A stretch of DNA of 64,000 bases from an uncultured Alphaproteobacteria bacterium (GTDB taxonomy: Bacteria; Pseudomonadota; Alphaproteobacteria; Methylaequorales; Methylaequoraceae). The stretch covers positions 70,420 through 134,419 of the forward strand of contig CACACI010000001.1 in NCBI GenBank assembly GCA_902530985.1. The letters are read 5' to 3'. The notes beneath the pieces are model-generated. The model did no database searches, was not told the DNA's origin, and was given only the letters and a program-made list of their open reading frames with translations. This document shows positions 10,991 to 21,733 of this stretch, one piece after another. Position 1 is the stretch's first letter, and the number at the start of each line of letters is the position of its first letter. A program made the translations under genes and the position numbers.

Positions 10991-11314
10991 TCAGAAAGGA
11001 AGTTTCATACCAGGAGGTAAATCCATACCGCTAGAAAGCGAACCTAACTGATTACTCATATTTTCAGCAATTTTCTTATTAACATCATTGATAGCTGCAA
11101 CTATTAAATCTTCTAAAACTTCAGATTCATCTGGGTTCATAAGTGAAGCGTCAATATCAATTTTTTTTAATTCATGTTTTCCATTCATCACTACTTTAAC
11201 AACTCCGCCACCAGAATTTCCTTCGATTTCCATTTCTTCGATTTTTTTTTGCATTTCTGCCATTTTGTCTTGCATAGCCTTAGCCTGCTTCATAATTTGT
11301 GACATATTATTCAT
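10991..11314 (-). CDS. ybaB: nucleoid-associated protein YbaB/EbfC
   Basis: 107 aa with KQAKAMQDKMAEMQ and GGGVVKVVMNGKHELKKIDID. Lies between dnaX and recR. Confidence 0.9.
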   Translation of the reverse strand: MNNMSQIMKQAKAMQDKMAEMQKKIEEMEIEGNSGGGVVKVVMNGKHELKKIDIDASLMNPDESEVLEDLIVAAINDVNKKIAENMSNQLGSLSSGMDLPPGMKLPF

Positions 11315-13031
11315 TATTATCCTTTTTTTTTGAGATTTCTATATTACCTAACTCCATAATTGAAACTACTTCAGATTCGGGAATGATTTCAAGAATTTTT
11401 TTAACAAAACTATCTTTTTTTAATTCTGTAATTTTTCTTCTGTCAAGTTCTAGCTCATATTCTGCAAGAGTTTTATCTCCCGTTTTACTTGACAGAGAAA
11501 TCATCCATCTCTCTTTAGTTTCCTCATTCAATAATTTTGCAGCCTTCCATAAAATTTTTTTGGAATCTTGACTATTTGAAATATTTTCTAACTCAATCTC
11601 TTTAACACTCTTATTATCAATCAAACTTACTAGTCTAAAAGAATTCTTGAGATGGTAAGATACTAACATTTCTGAATTCTTTTCAATCTTATCAACTAAA
11701 AATTTAAATTTTGATAAACTAGATTCTTCTTTTTGAGTTTTTATATCAACCTTATCATTTGTATTTTTTTTTAAAGCTAAATTATTATTAAAAACATCTT
11801 CTGTAATGTCAGATGCTGATTGAGTATGGTTTGTAGCTATTGTTTGATCTGTTGGAGGTTTTGTATTTTTTTGTTTTTCTTGGTCTTTTATTAAATCATT
11901 ATTATTCACCAACTCAAATGGGGTTGGTATTAAAGAAGCATAACATAGCCTCATTATTAACATTTCAAAGCATTGTTTTTCATCAAAACATTTATTTATC
12001 TCATTTATATATTTTTGAATTAATTCCCAAAATCTAACCATAAAATCCATTTCATAGTTTGCACAGATTAATTCTATTATTTTTAATGTTTTAGAATCAA
12101 TTACCAAGCTATCCTTGTCTATCTGGGTTTTTATTCTCATTGCATGATATGTTAACTTCATCAATGTTTGACTCAACATTTGGATTGAAGCCCCTTTTTT
12201 GTATAGATCTTCAAATATTTGTATTGAACGAATTACATCTCCTTCAAATAATAATTGGAATAGTTGAAGGACTAGTCCGACATCTGACAACCCCAATACA
12301 CTTCTTATTACTTCAATTTTAACTGGATTTCCTCGAGTAAGAACATTGTCAAGGATAGAAAGTGCGTCTCTGACTGACCCTTCTGAAGCCTGCGCAATTA
12401 AATTGCAACCCTCTAAATCAATTTCAAAACCCTCTTTACCAGAGATTTGCATTAAAAATCTTGAAATCAAATCAGCATCAATCCTACTTAGTTGAAATCT
12501 TTGACATCTTGATAGTATGGTTAAGGGTATTTTTTCTGTCTCAGTTGTTGCAAATATAAAAATCACATCTGGTGGAGGTTCCTCCAATGTTTTCAAAAGA
12601 GCATTAAATGCTGCTTTTGATAACATATGGACTTCGTCAATAATAAAAATCTTCTTTTTTGCTGATACTGGCCTGTAATTTACATTATCTATTATTTCTC
12701 TTACATCGGAAACTCCAGTCCTACTTGCAGCATCAATTTCTACAACATCTAAATTATTATCAGAATTAATTGATTTACAATTTCCACAATTTTCACATGG
12801 TTCTATCATTTCTTTTTTTAAGTTCGAACAATTAACTATTTTGGCTAGAATTCTTGCTAAAGTTGTTTTTCCAACACCTCTTGTTCCCGAAAATAAAAAG
12901 GCGTGAGCAATTCTATCCAACTTAACTGAACCCTCAATTATTTTGCAAGTTTCTTCTTGACCAATTATATCAGAGAGTTTTTTTGGTCTATATTTTCTAG
13001 CGAGTACTATGTAATTTTTAATATCAGTCAT
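11307..13031 (-). CDS. dnaX: DNA polymerase III subunit gamma/tau
   Basis: Walker A GTRGVGKTT, Zn module CENCGNC, Walker B IFIIDEVH and sensor LSRCQRF. Confidence 0.93.
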   Translation of the reverse strand: MTDIKNYIVLARKYRPKKLSDIIGQEETCKIIEGSVKLDRIAHAFLFSGTRGVGKTTLARILAKIVNCSNLKKEMIEPCENCGNCKSINSDNNLDVVEIDAASRTGVSDVREIIDNVNYRPVSAKKKIFIIDEVHMLSKAAFNALLKTLEEPPPDVIFIFATTETEKIPLTILSRCQRFQLSRIDADLISRFLMQISGKEGFEIDLEGCNLIAQASEGSVRDALSILDNVLTRGNPVKIEVIRSVLGLSDVGLVLQLFQLLFEGDVIRSIQIFEDLYKKGASIQMLSQTLMKLTYHAMRIKTQIDKDSLVIDSKTLKIIELICANYEMDFMVRFWELIQKYINEINKCFDEKQCFEMLIMRLCYASLIPTPFELVNNNDLIKDQEKQKNTKPPTDQTIATNHTQSASDITEDVFNNNLALKKNTNDKVDIKTQKEESSLSKFKFLVDKIEKNSEMLVSYHLKNSFRLVSLIDNKSVKEIELENISNSQDSKKILWKAAKLLNEETKERWMISLSSKTGDKTLAEYELELDRRKITELKKDSFVKKILEIIPESEVVSIMELGNIEISKKKDNNE

Positions 13032-13033
13032 TA

Positions 13034-13135
13034 GGGTTGGAAGGAGTTGAAATTTAACCCAATAGAAAACGTTACGGCTGCTTCTTCTCAGTCCTGACCG
13101 GCTTGGCGAACCTATTGCCTAAATTCAACTCCCAA
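13034..13135 (-). ncRNA. ffs: signal recognition particle RNA (small 4.5S type)
   Basis: The reverse complement contains GGUCAGGACUGAGAAGAAGCAGCC, which matches the conserved domain IV core (E. coli GGUCAGGUCCGGAAGGAAGCAGCC). The ends pair (GGAGUUGAA with UUCAACUCC) into a long hairpin. This is the only GC-rich stretch in a non-coding gap, directly upstream of dnaX. The ends are approximate to within about 5 nt. Confidence 0.75.
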
Positions 13136-13174
13136 AATAATCTAACATTTTAAAAAACAATTTTAAATACAATA

Positions 13175-14005
13175 TTATTTTCTAAAAGACGAAGCTTTAT
13201 AATAGCCAAGAATCCTTACTTTAGTCGAAAAATATTTAAGAACTTTAAGTGCTTTTTTAAAATTTTGTATTTCTGGGTGAGATTCAACATCAACAATAAA
13301 TGAAAATTGCTTGAATTCTTTATTAACAAAAAAACTCTCTAATCTAGTAAGATTAATTCCATTTTCAGCAAATCCACCAAGGGCATTGTAAAGTGATGCT
13401 GGTAAGTTTTTTGTATTAAAAACAATTGATGTAATAATTTTTTTTCTTGTACTAAATTTATGACTAGTTTTTGAGAAAACAAGAAATCTAGTTATATTTT
13501 GTCTTTTGTCCTCAAAATTTTTTTTAAGTATTTTTAAATTATAAATTTTTGATGCTAATTTAGATGCTATAGCAGAAATGTCATCTTTGCTATCGCTAAC
13601 AAATTTTGCTGCTCCTGCAGTATCCATATAATTAATAGGATTTAAATTAATTTTCTTAATGTTATTTTTACATTGTGAAAGAGCATGCGCATGGCTGTAC
13701 ACATTTTTAATGTTCTTTAAAGTGCTATTTTTCTTTGCCATTAAATAATGTTCAATTTTATGGTAGTGCTCAGCAACAATTTTCAATTTGATATTCTCTA
13801 ACAAAAAATGCATATCAGCAACTCTTCCAGCTATATTATTTTCAACTGGAATTATAGCTAAATCAGCATCCCCATTCGTTACAACATCAAGAGTTTTTTG
13901 AAAAGTATCGCATGCAAGTGTTTTAAAGTTTTTGTATAACTGTCTACATACCAAGTCAGAATAAGCTCCCTGAAGGCCCTGAAATGAAACTATTTTTTTT
14001 GACAT
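13175..14005 (-). CDS. pheA: prephenate dehydratase
   Basis: PDT domain (FQGLQGAYSD, TRF) plus a C-terminal ACT domain. No chorismate mutase domain. Confidence 0.85.
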   Translation of the reverse strand: MSKKIVSFQGLQGAYSDLVCRQLYKNFKTLACDTFQKTLDVVTNGDADLAIIPVENNIAGRVADMHFLLENIKLKIVAEHYHKIEHYLMAKKNSTLKNIKNVYSHAHALSQCKNNIKKINLNPINYMDTAGAAKFVSDSKDDISAIASKLASKIYNLKILKKNFEDKRQNITRFLVFSKTSHKFSTRKKIITSIVFNTKNLPASLYNALGGFAENGINLTRLESFFVNKEFKQFSFIVDVESHPEIQNFKKALKVLKYFSTKVRILGYYKASSFRK

Positions 14006-14016
14006 TCTTAATCTGA

Positions 14017-14763
14017 TTAAAGATTATTTTTTTTAAAATGCAATCTTATTTTTTTCAAATCGTTTTCTGTATCAACACTAGGTGGAAGATATGGAATTTT
14101 TACAAGTTTAATTTTAAAATTATTATCCATTGCTCTCATTTGTTCTAAACGTCTATTTTGCTCTTTCTTTGTTTGGCTAAGATTTACAATTTTTCTTAAT
14201 ACACTTGGTCTGTAAACATAAATTCCAATATGGTGATACAAATTTTCTTTATGCTCAAAAGTTCTGTTAAAATCTTTTGCAAAACCAGTATTATTTTCAT
14301 CTAGTTTTACTTTTGCTTTTACAACATTTTCATCATTAAACTCATTCTGAGTTAAATCACAAATTGCTGAACCTATATCTACTAAATCATCAGAAAATAA
14401 ATTAATTATTTTTTTAAATAATTCTTTTGTAAAAACTGGAAGATCCCCTTGCAAATTTATGATCAAATCAAATTCTTCTTTGATCAAACTATAAACTTCA
14501 TAAACTCTATCTGTTCCACTTTTATGTATTCTTTTTGTCATCAATGTTTCGACATTATAATTTTTACAAACATTGAAAATTTCAAGGCTATCTGTTCCAA
14601 CCACAACTCTTCCCAATTCTAATTTTTTAGCATTTTTAGCTACCCTTATTATCATTGGCAGAGAATCTATCTTTCTTAATAACTTCTTTCTTAATCTTGA
14701 AGATTTTAGACGTGCAGGAATGATTATTACTATTCGAGGTAGTTTTTTATTTTTGTTGATCAC
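14017..14763 (-). CDS. kdsB: 3-deoxy-manno-octulosonate cytidylyltransferase (CMP-Kdo synthetase)
   Basis: N-terminal IIIPARLKSSRLRKK nucleotidyltransferase motif and GTDR. About 248 aa, typical of KdsB. Confidence 0.9.
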   Translation of the reverse strand: MINKNKKLPRIVIIIPARLKSSRLRKKLLRKIDSLPMIIRVAKNAKKLELGRVVVGTDSLEIFNVCKNYNVETLMTKRIHKSGTDRVYEVYSLIKEEFDLIINLQGDLPVFTKELFKKIINLFSDDLVDIGSAICDLTQNEFNDENVVKAKVKLDENNTGFAKDFNRTFEHKENLYHHIGIYVYRPSVLRKIVNLSQTKKEQNRRLEQMRAMDNNFKIKLVKIPYLPPSVDTENDLKKIRLHFKKNNL

Positions 14764-14810
14764 AATATTTGCTAGTTTATATATAATAACTTTATTGTTG
14801 ATTAATTATA

Positions 14811-15311
14811 ATGAATAAATATTTTTTGTCTTTAATGTCAATTTTGATTTTATTTCAGTCCTTCAGGGTACTTGATGAGATATTTTATAATGACAAAGAT
14901 AATTTCCAAAAAAAAACTGTAAATCTTAAAACCAAGATTGAAGAACAAAATACTCCAGAAGAATCAAATCAGATTATTACCGACATAGATACTCTATTTA
15001 AATTTAGTGATATTGCAAAAGGTACAAAGATAGCTAAACAATGCAGTTCTTGCCATGATTTTAGTAATAAACTAAAAATTAAGCTAGGTCCGCCTTTATG
15101 GGGTGTTGTTGGTAGACAAAGTGGAATTATTGCTGATTTTAAATATTCCGATGCTCTTTTGAATTTTAAAAAGGAATGGTCAAGAATAGAGCTTTTTAAT
15201 TTCCTTGAGGAACCAAAAAAATATGTAAAGGGTACTAAAATGATATATAACGGTATTAAAAAACCAGTTGATAGAGTAAATCTGATTACTTATTTAGAGT
15301 CTTTAAAATAA
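14811..15311 (+). CDS. membrane-anchored class I cytochrome c
   Basis: N-terminal hydrophobic helix, haem-binding CSSCH, and distal GTKMIYNGIKK...LITYL. Confidence 0.8.
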   Translation: MNKYFLSLMSILILFQSFRVLDEIFYNDKDNFQKKTVNLKTKIEEQNTPEESNQIITDIDTLFKFSDIAKGTKIAKQCSSCHDFSNKLKIKLGPPLWGVVGRQSGIIADFKYSDALLNFKKEWSRIELFNFLEEPKKYVKGTKMIYNGIKKPVDRVNLITYLESLK

Positions 15312-16091
15312 ATGAAAGAACATGTTAGGAATTTGTTAAAATTTGCAAACATATTTGCGGATGTTAGCAATAATATTCTTAAGAAAAAATATTTGAAACC
15401 TCATAAAGTTGAAGAAAAAAATGATGGATCCTTTGTAACCAATGCGGATAAGGAAATAGAATCCAAATTTAGAGAAAGTCTTAAAAAGAATTTTCCTGGT
15501 CATGGTATTGTTGGAGAGGAGTTTGGTTCAGAAAATGAACAGAATGAATATGTTTGGGTTATTGACCCTTTAGATGGTACACACAATTTTATTGCTGGAA
15601 AACCACTTTTTGGAACTCTTATATGTTGTATTAAGCATGGTCGTCCTATATTGGGTGTTATTGATATACCAATTTTAGATGAAAGATGGCATGGAGGAAA
15701 AGGTGTTGGTGTGAAATTAAATTCGAGAAAATGTAAAAATTTTTCGCAAAAAAAACAATATAGCCAACTAATAGTTGCTTCCACTTCACTGCTTATGTTT
15801 GATGAAAATTATGAGAAAAAAATCAAAGAAATTTATAAAAAAGTTAGTATTCGAATTTTTGGAAGTGATTGCTACTCATATGGTTTACTCCTTTCAGGGA
15901 GGGTTGACCAAATAATCGAGGCTGATATGAAACCATGGGACTTTTTAGCTCAAGTGGCACTTATAAATGAGCAAGGAGGAATTATTACAGATTGGCATGG
16001 CAAAGAACTTAATCTTAGTTCAGATGGAAAAATCATTGCATCAATTGAAAAAAATCACCATAAAAGAACATTAGAATATCTTAAAAAATAA
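15312..16091 (+). CDS. inositol monophosphatase family protein (possible histidinol-phosphatase)
   Basis: IMPase motifs GEE, WVIDPLDGTHNF and a downstream metal-site region. Confidence 0.8.
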   Translation: MKEHVRNLLKFANIFADVSNNILKKKYLKPHKVEEKNDGSFVTNADKEIESKFRESLKKNFPGHGIVGEEFGSENEQNEYVWVIDPLDGTHNFIAGKPLFGTLICCIKHGRPILGVIDIPILDERWHGGKGVGVKLNSRKCKNFSQKKQYSQLIVASTSLLMFDENYEKKIKEIYKKVSIRIFGSDCYSYGLLLSGRVDQIIEADMKPWDFLAQVALINEQGGIITDWHGKELNLSSDGKIIASIEKNHHKRTLEYLKK

Positions 16092-16100
16092 AGGTGATTT

Positions 16101-18020
16101 TTGAAAAAAATAAGTAGATTTTTATTTGTTTTACTCTCTTTGTGTTTTAGCAATTTATATAGCTTAGAGTATAATCATGGTATCGCAATGCATGGTGATT
16201 TGAAATATTCAAAAAACTTCAAAAAATTTGATTATGCAAATGAAAATGCTTTCAAGGGAGGGAAAATAAAAAGATTCTCCATTGGAACGTTCGATAATTT
16301 AAATCCATATATCTTAAAAGGGGTTGCAGCATGGCAGGCAGCATATCTCTTTGAAACCTTGATGAAATCATCATTTGATGAACCTTTTAGTCAATATGGT
16401 TTAATTGCTGAAGGAGTAAAAGTTCCCAATGATAGATCTTGGGTATCATTTAAAATAAGAAAAGAAGCAAAATTTTCCAATGGATCAAAAATTACTCCAG
16501 AGGATGTTAAATTTTCATTTGAAACTATAATCTCAAAAGGACATCCCATATATAAAACTTACTGGGGTCAGGTTGATACAGTAAAAAAAATAGGTGAAAA
16601 TGAGGTAAAGTTTTTTTTTAAAGGAAAACCCAATCCTGAGTTACCGCTAATAATTGGATATCAGCTTCCAATTTTTTCAAAAAAATACTGGGAAGGTAAA
16701 GATTTCAGTAAAACCACTTTGACACCCCCATTAGGTAGCGGTCCATACCTCATTTCAGACTTTAAGGCCGGAAGAAGTATTACTTTAAAGAAAAATCAAA
16801 ACTATTGGGGTAAAAATTTAAATGTAAATGTTGGTCGTTATAATTTTGATACCATTCACTATGACTATTACAGAGATGAAACCGTGGCACTAGAGGCATT
16901 TAAATCGGGAGCTTATGACTTTAAGCAAGAAAATTCATCAAAAAACTGGGCAACTTCATATAAATTTGATGCTGTAAAAAAGGGAAAAGTCAAAGTTGAA
17001 GAAATAAAATATTATAGACCGAGTGGAATGCAAGGTTTTGCATTCAATACTAGAAAATCAATTTTTCAAAATAGGAATGTTAGAAAAGCGCTTACTTATA
17101 CATTTGATTTTGAATGGTCAAACAAAAATCTTTTTTATGGGGCTTACACTCGAACAAAAAGTTTTTTTGATAACTCCGAACTTTCCTCTCAAAGCCCTCC
17201 AAGTAAAGATGAACTTGCTATTCTAAACAAATATAAAGGTGAAATTCCTGAGGAAATTTTTACAACTATATATAAACCTCCAAATACTGATGAAGAAAAT
17301 GGACTTAGAAAAAATCTAAGGATTGCTAGAAGAATTCTAAAAAAAGAAGGATGGGTTATAAAAAATGATGTTTTAAAACACAAAGAAACCGGTGAAACTT
17401 TTAAATTTGAAATCTTACTTCGTTCTCCTCTCTTTGAAAGAATAGTTCTTCCAATGAAAAGAAACCTAAACAAATTAGGTATTGAGGTTTCTATTAGGAC
17501 CGTTCAAGACGATTCTCAATACATAAGGAGACTTGAGGATTTTGACTATGATATGGTAGTTGTAAACTATGGTTCTATTATTTCACCTGGAAATGAACAA
17601 AAAAATTATTGGGGTTCTATCACAGCTGACCAACAAGGAAGTCCAAATTATATGGGTGTTAAAAATCCGGTAATTGATGATATTATTGATAAGCTTATAG
17701 CTTCAAAATCAAGGAAAGAGCTTGTGACTTACACTAAAGTCTTGGATAGAATATTATTATTTAATTATTATCTCATACCTCAGTTTCATATTGGACACTA
17801 TAGAGTAGCATACTGGAATAAAATTACTAGACCCTCTGTTTCCCCCAAATATGATTTAGGTTTTGATTTTTGGTGGTTTGATCCAGAGAAAGCTCAAAAT
17901 ATTGGCAAAATAAATAAACCTGAACATCAGGAAAAAAATAAAAAAAATAAAACAATATATTATTTGTTTTCAATATTGTTGTTGTTTATTTTGTGGAAAA
18001 TTAAAAAAAAAAATAGCTAA
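16101..18020 (+). CDS. yejA: ABC transporter substrate-binding protein, family 5 (YejA-like peptide/microcin-type)
   Basis: TTG start, signal peptide and a roughly 600-aa SBP_bac_5-like body. First gene of an SBP, two-permease, fused-ATPase operon. It carries an unusual C-terminal hydrophobic tail. Confidence 0.8.
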   Translation: MKKISRFLFVLLSLCFSNLYSLEYNHGIAMHGDLKYSKNFKKFDYANENAFKGGKIKRFSIGTFDNLNPYILKGVAAWQAAYLFETLMKSSFDEPFSQYGLIAEGVKVPNDRSWVSFKIRKEAKFSNGSKITPEDVKFSFETIISKGHPIYKTYWGQVDTVKKIGENEVKFFFKGKPNPELPLIIGYQLPIFSKKYWEGKDFSKTTLTPPLGSGPYLISDFKAGRSITLKKNQNYWGKNLNVNVGRYNFDTIHYDYYRDETVALEAFKSGAYDFKQENSSKNWATSYKFDAVKKGKVKVEEIKYYRPSGMQGFAFNTRKSIFQNRNVRKALTYTFDFEWSNKNLFYGAYTRTKSFFDNSELSSQSPPSKDELAILNKYKGEIPEEIFTTIYKPPNTDEENGLRKNLRIARRILKKEGWVIKNDVLKHKETGETFKFEILLRSPLFERIVLPMKRNLNKLGIEVSIRTVQDDSQYIRRLEDFDYDMVVVNYGSIISPGNEQKNYWGSITADQQGSPNYMGVKNPVIDDIIDKLIASKSRKELVTYTKVLDRILLFNYYLIPQFHIGHYRVAYWNKITRPSVSPKYDLGFDFWWFDPEKAQNIGKINKPEHQEKNKKNKTIYYLFSILLLFILWKIKKKNS

Positions 18021-19126
18021 TGTTAAATTATATTATTAAAAGAATTTTTCTGATAATTCCAACACTCTTTGGCATACTAGCTGTCAATTTTCTAATAATT
18101 CAGGCTGCTCCAGGTGGCCCTGTTGAAAAAGCAATAGCTCAAATCAAGGGTACAGAAGTATCTGTTACTGAGAGATTTACATCCTCTGGAGGAGAGCAAT
18201 TATCAAATAATCAGACAAAACAAAATTTTAATCCTAATGAAAGTAAATACAGAGGTTCGCAAGGTATTGACCCTGACCTAATAAAAGAATTAGAAAAACA
18301 GTATGGATTTGACAAACCTCCTCTTCAAAGATTCTTTGAAATGCTTAAAAATTATTTGGTTTTTGACTTTGGTGAAAGCTTTTATAAAGATAAGACTGTA
18401 ATTTCATTAATACTCGAGAAACTACCTGTTTCAATTTCATTAGGCTTATGGACAACTTTATTTGTTTATCTAATATCAATTCCGCTAGGCATAAAAAAAG
18501 CTGTCAGAGATGGTTCAAAATTTGATATTTATTCTTCTTCTTTGATTATTATTGGTTATGCCATTCCAGGTTTTCTATTTGCAATTTTTCTTATTGTAAT
18601 CTTTGCAGGAGGAAGTTATTTAGACATCTTTCCTCTTAGAGGGTTAGTATCAGACAATTGGGATGAACTATCAATTCATAAAAAAATTCTTGATTATTTT
18701 TGGCATTTGGCTCTTCCAATTCTTGCAATGGTAATTGGAGGGTTTGCAAGTTTAACGATGTTAACTAAAAACTCATTTCTTGATGAAATAAACAAACAAT
18801 ATGTTGTCACTGCTAGAGCAAAGGGCGTAAGTGAAAAAAGAGTCTTGTATGGACATGTTTTTAGAAATGCAATGTTGATTGTTATTTCAGGTTTCCCTGC
18901 TGCATTTATTAGTATTCTTTTTACTTCTTCTTTATTGATAGAAGTAATTTTTTCTTTAGATGGTCTTGGACTTCTTGGGTTTGAGGCTGCGCTTGGAAGA
19001 GATTATCCTGTTGTTTTTGGAAGTTTATATATTTTTACATTAATTGGATTGATTCTAAGATTGATAAGTGACTTAACTTACGTTCTCATTGATCCAAGAA
19101 TAGACTTTGAAAGTAGAGGAAATTAA
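18020..19126 (+). CDS. yejB: ABC transporter permease (YejB-like)
   Basis: BPD-transport inner-membrane component with an EAA-like loop, multiple TM helices and DppB/OppB-like ends (IDPRI). Confidence 0.85.
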   Translation: MLNYIIKRIFLIIPTLFGILAVNFLIIQAAPGGPVEKAIAQIKGTEVSVTERFTSSGGEQLSNNQTKQNFNPNESKYRGSQGIDPDLIKELEKQYGFDKPPLQRFFEMLKNYLVFDFGESFYKDKTVISLILEKLPVSISLGLWTTLFVYLISIPLGIKKAVRDGSKFDIYSSSLIIIGYAIPGFLFAIFLIVIFAGGSYLDIFPLRGLVSDNWDELSIHKKILDYFWHLALPILAMVIGGFASLTMLTKNSFLDEINKQYVVTARAKGVSEKRVLYGHVFRNAMLIVISGFPAAFISILFTSSLLIEVIFSLDGLGLLGFEAALGRDYPVVFGSLYIFTLIGLILRLISDLTYVLIDPRIDFESRGN

Positions 19127-19129
19127 ATT

Positions 19130-20152
19130 TTGCATTTTTCACCACTAACAAAAAGAAGGCTTGATAATTTTATTGGCAATAAAAGAGGTTATTATTCTGC
19201 ACTGATTTTTTCTTTTATTTTTATTGCAACATTGTTTGCTGAATTTCTTGCGAATGACAAGCCAATCTTTGTGTATTTTGATAGTAAGATCCATTTCCCA
19301 ACTGTAGAGAAAATTCCTGAAGTTTATTTTGGAGGTGAATTTGAAACAGAAGCAGATTACAAAGATCCTTTTGTAAAAAAATTAATAAATCAAAATGGTT
19401 TCTTTATTATGCCTTTAATTGAATATTCTTTTGATACCATAAACTATGATTTAAAAGTACCCTCACCTTCACCTCCAACTTTTGAGAATCTTCTTGGAAC
19501 TGATGATCAAGGTAGAGATGTTCTTGCTCGATTGATCTATGGCTTTAGAATTTCTGTTTTTTTTGGACTTATTTTGACTATTCTATCTAGCATCATTGGA
19601 ATAATAGTAGGAGGACTCCAAGGTTTTTATGGAGGGAAAGTTGATTTACTAGTCCAGCGATTTATAGAAGTTTGGTCTGGTCTTCCTGTCTTATATCTTC
19701 TTATAATAATTTCAAGTTTCATAGAACCTAGCTTTTGGATTTTACTTCTCATAATGTTATTATTTAGTTGGATGTCACTTGAAGGAGTTGTAAGAGCAGA
19801 ATTTCTTAGGGCTAGAAACTTTGAATATGTTAAGGCAGCAAAAGCTCTTGGTGTAAAGAATCTAGTAATAATGTATAAACATGTACTTCCAAATGCAATG
19901 GTAGCTACTCTAACTTTGATGCCTTTTATACTTTCTGGTTCTATAGCAACACTTACCTCACTTGATTTCCTTGGATTTGGACTTCCTCCTGGCTCGCCAT
20001 CCTTAGGGGAAATGGTGGCTCAGGGAAAAGCAAATCTTCAGGCACCATGGCTAGGTATTTCAGCTTTTTTTACATTATCTTTACAATTAAGTTTGCTCGT
20101 TTTTATCGGTGAGGCTGTAAGAGATGCATTTGATCCAAGAAAAGTTTTATAA
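19130..20152 (+). CDS. yejE: ABC transporter permease (YejE-like)
   Basis: TTG start. DppC/OppC-like permease (LGTDDQGRDVLARLIYG, DAFDPR). Confidence 0.85.
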   Translation: MHFSPLTKRRLDNFIGNKRGYYSALIFSFIFIATLFAEFLANDKPIFVYFDSKIHFPTVEKIPEVYFGGEFETEADYKDPFVKKLINQNGFFIMPLIEYSFDTINYDLKVPSPSPPTFENLLGTDDQGRDVLARLIYGFRISVFFGLILTILSSIIGIIVGGLQGFYGGKVDLLVQRFIEVWSGLPVLYLLIIISSFIEPSFWILLLIMLLFSWMSLEGVVRAEFLRARNFEYVKAAKALGVKNLVIMYKHVLPNAMVATLTLMPFILSGSIATLTSLDFLGFGLPPGSPSLGEMVAQGKANLQAPWLGISAFFTLSLQLSLLVFIGEAVRDAFDPRKVL

Positions 20153-21733
20153 ATGAAAAGAAGAATTTTAAAAATAGAAAATCTCAATGTTCGTTTTTAC
20201 TTAAATAGAAATGAACTTCAAGCAGTAAAAAATAGTAGTTTTGATATTTATGAAGGGGAATGCTTAGCTATTGTAGGTGAAAGTGGTTCTGGAAAATCAG
20301 TAACAGCTCTTTCAATAATGAAGCTAATAAATGAAAATGCTGGCACGTTTATAAATGGAAAAATAAGTTTCGAAAATCAAAATATACTTAAATTAAATGA
20401 AGAGGCTTTAAGAAAAATAAGAGGAAAAAGAATTTCAATGATTTTTCAAGAACCTATGACTTCATTAAACCCTCTTCATAATATTAGAAAGCAAATTAAG
20501 GAATGTTTTATTAATGAATATGAGGATGATCAAAGACTTATAGCTTTGTTGAAAGAAGTTGGAATTGATAATGCTAAAGAAAAACTTGATCATTATCCAC
20601 ATCAGCTTTCCGGAGGCCAAAGACAAAGGATAATGATTGCTATGGCAATAGCAAATAAACCCAACCTTTTAATTGCAGATGAACCAACCACAGCTTTAGA
20701 CGTTACTATTCAAAAACAAATATTAGAACTTTTAGATAAATTAAGAAAAAAATTTAATATGTCACTGTTACTAATTACTCACGATTTATCAATAGTAAAA
20801 AAAATTTCTCACAGAGTTTGTGTTATGAAGAAAGGCATTATTGTTGAAAACAATACTACCAATTCATTATTTATTAATCCCAAGCATCCGTATACAAAAA
20901 AATTACTTGATTCAGAACCTAAAAAGAAAGAATTTAAAAGTAAATCAAGCAAAATAATATTGTCTGCATCAAATTTGAATGTTTTCTATGATTCAAATAG
21001 AAGCTTCTTTTTTAAAAAAAAAAGTGATTCTTTCCATGCAGTAAAAGATATAAATTTCAAGGTAAAAGTAGGAGAAACACTAGGAATTGTAGGCGAAAGC
21101 GGATCAGGAAAAAGTTCTGTTGCTCAAGCTATTCTTAAATTAATAAAATCAAGTGGAAATCTATTTTTTCATGGCAAAAATATATCTAATTTAACAGATA
21201 ATAGATTTAGGGAAATACGTAAAAATATTCAAATAATCTTTCAAGATCCATTCGCTTCACTGAGTCCAAGATTAACAATTGGTAAAATAATTGGTGAGGG
21301 ACTAGAAGTTCACAGAAAGAATTTATCAAAAGAAAAAATTGAAAAAGAAGTATTTAAACTTTTACAGAAAGTTAACTTAGAACCTGAAATGATAAATCGT
21401 TATCCGCATGAATTTTCAGGTGGTCAAAGACAAAGGATTGCTATCGCAAGAGCTCTAATACTCGAACCAGAATTGATCATACTTGACGAACCTACAAGCG
21501 CACTAGATATGACAGTTCAATTACAAATAATAGATCTTTTATTAGAACTACAAAGAAATCTGAATCTAACATATATTTTTATTAGTCATGATCTTAAAAT
21601 AATAAAAGCAATATCTGATAATATTTTAGTAATGAAATCTGGAAGAATTATTGAAAGTAATTCTTCTAAAAAGATTTTTTCAAAGCCAAAAAATAATTAT
21701 ACAAAGAAACTTCTAGATTCAGCATTTTTTTAA
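20153..21733 (+). CDS. yejF: ABC transporter ATP-binding protein with duplicated ATPase domains (YejF-like)
   Basis: Two complete cassettes: GESGSGKS (twice), LSGGQRQR/FSGGQRQR and Walker B LLIADEPT/LIILDEPT. Confidence 0.9.
   Translation: MKRRILKIENLNVRFYLNRNELQAVKNSSFDIYEGECLAIVGESGSGKSVTALSIMKLINENAGTFINGKISFENQNILKLNEEALRKIRGKRISMIFQEPMTSLNPLHNIRKQIKECFINEYEDDQRLIALLKEVGIDNAKEKLDHYPHQLSGGQRQRIMIAMAIANKPNLLIADEPTTALDVTIQKQILELLDKLRKKFNMSLLLITHDLSIVKKISHRVCVMKKGIIVENNTTNSLFINPKHPYTKKLLDSEPKKKEFKSKSSKIILSASNLNVFYDSNRSFFFKKKSDSFHAVKDINFKVKVGETLGIVGESGSGKSSVAQAILKLIKSSGNLFFHGKNISNLTDNRFREIRKNIQIIFQDPFASLSPRLTIGKIIGEGLEVHRKNLSKEKIEKEVFKLLQKVNLEPEMINRYPHEFSGGQRQRIAIARALILEPELIILDEPTSALDMTVQLQIIDLLLELQRNLNLTYIFISHDLKIIKAISDNILVMKSGRIIESNSSKKIFSKPKNNYTKKLLDSAFF

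Noticed and set aside
11307-13031. I looked for an E. coli-style programmed -1 frameshift site (A AAA AAG plus a downstream hairpin) in dnaX that would produce a gamma subunit.
   Set aside because: The only A-rich slippery stretch I found (around 12650-12665) encodes the Walker B region SAKKKIFIIDE, which is far too early. No slippery heptamer with a stem-loop is visible near the domain III/IV boundary.
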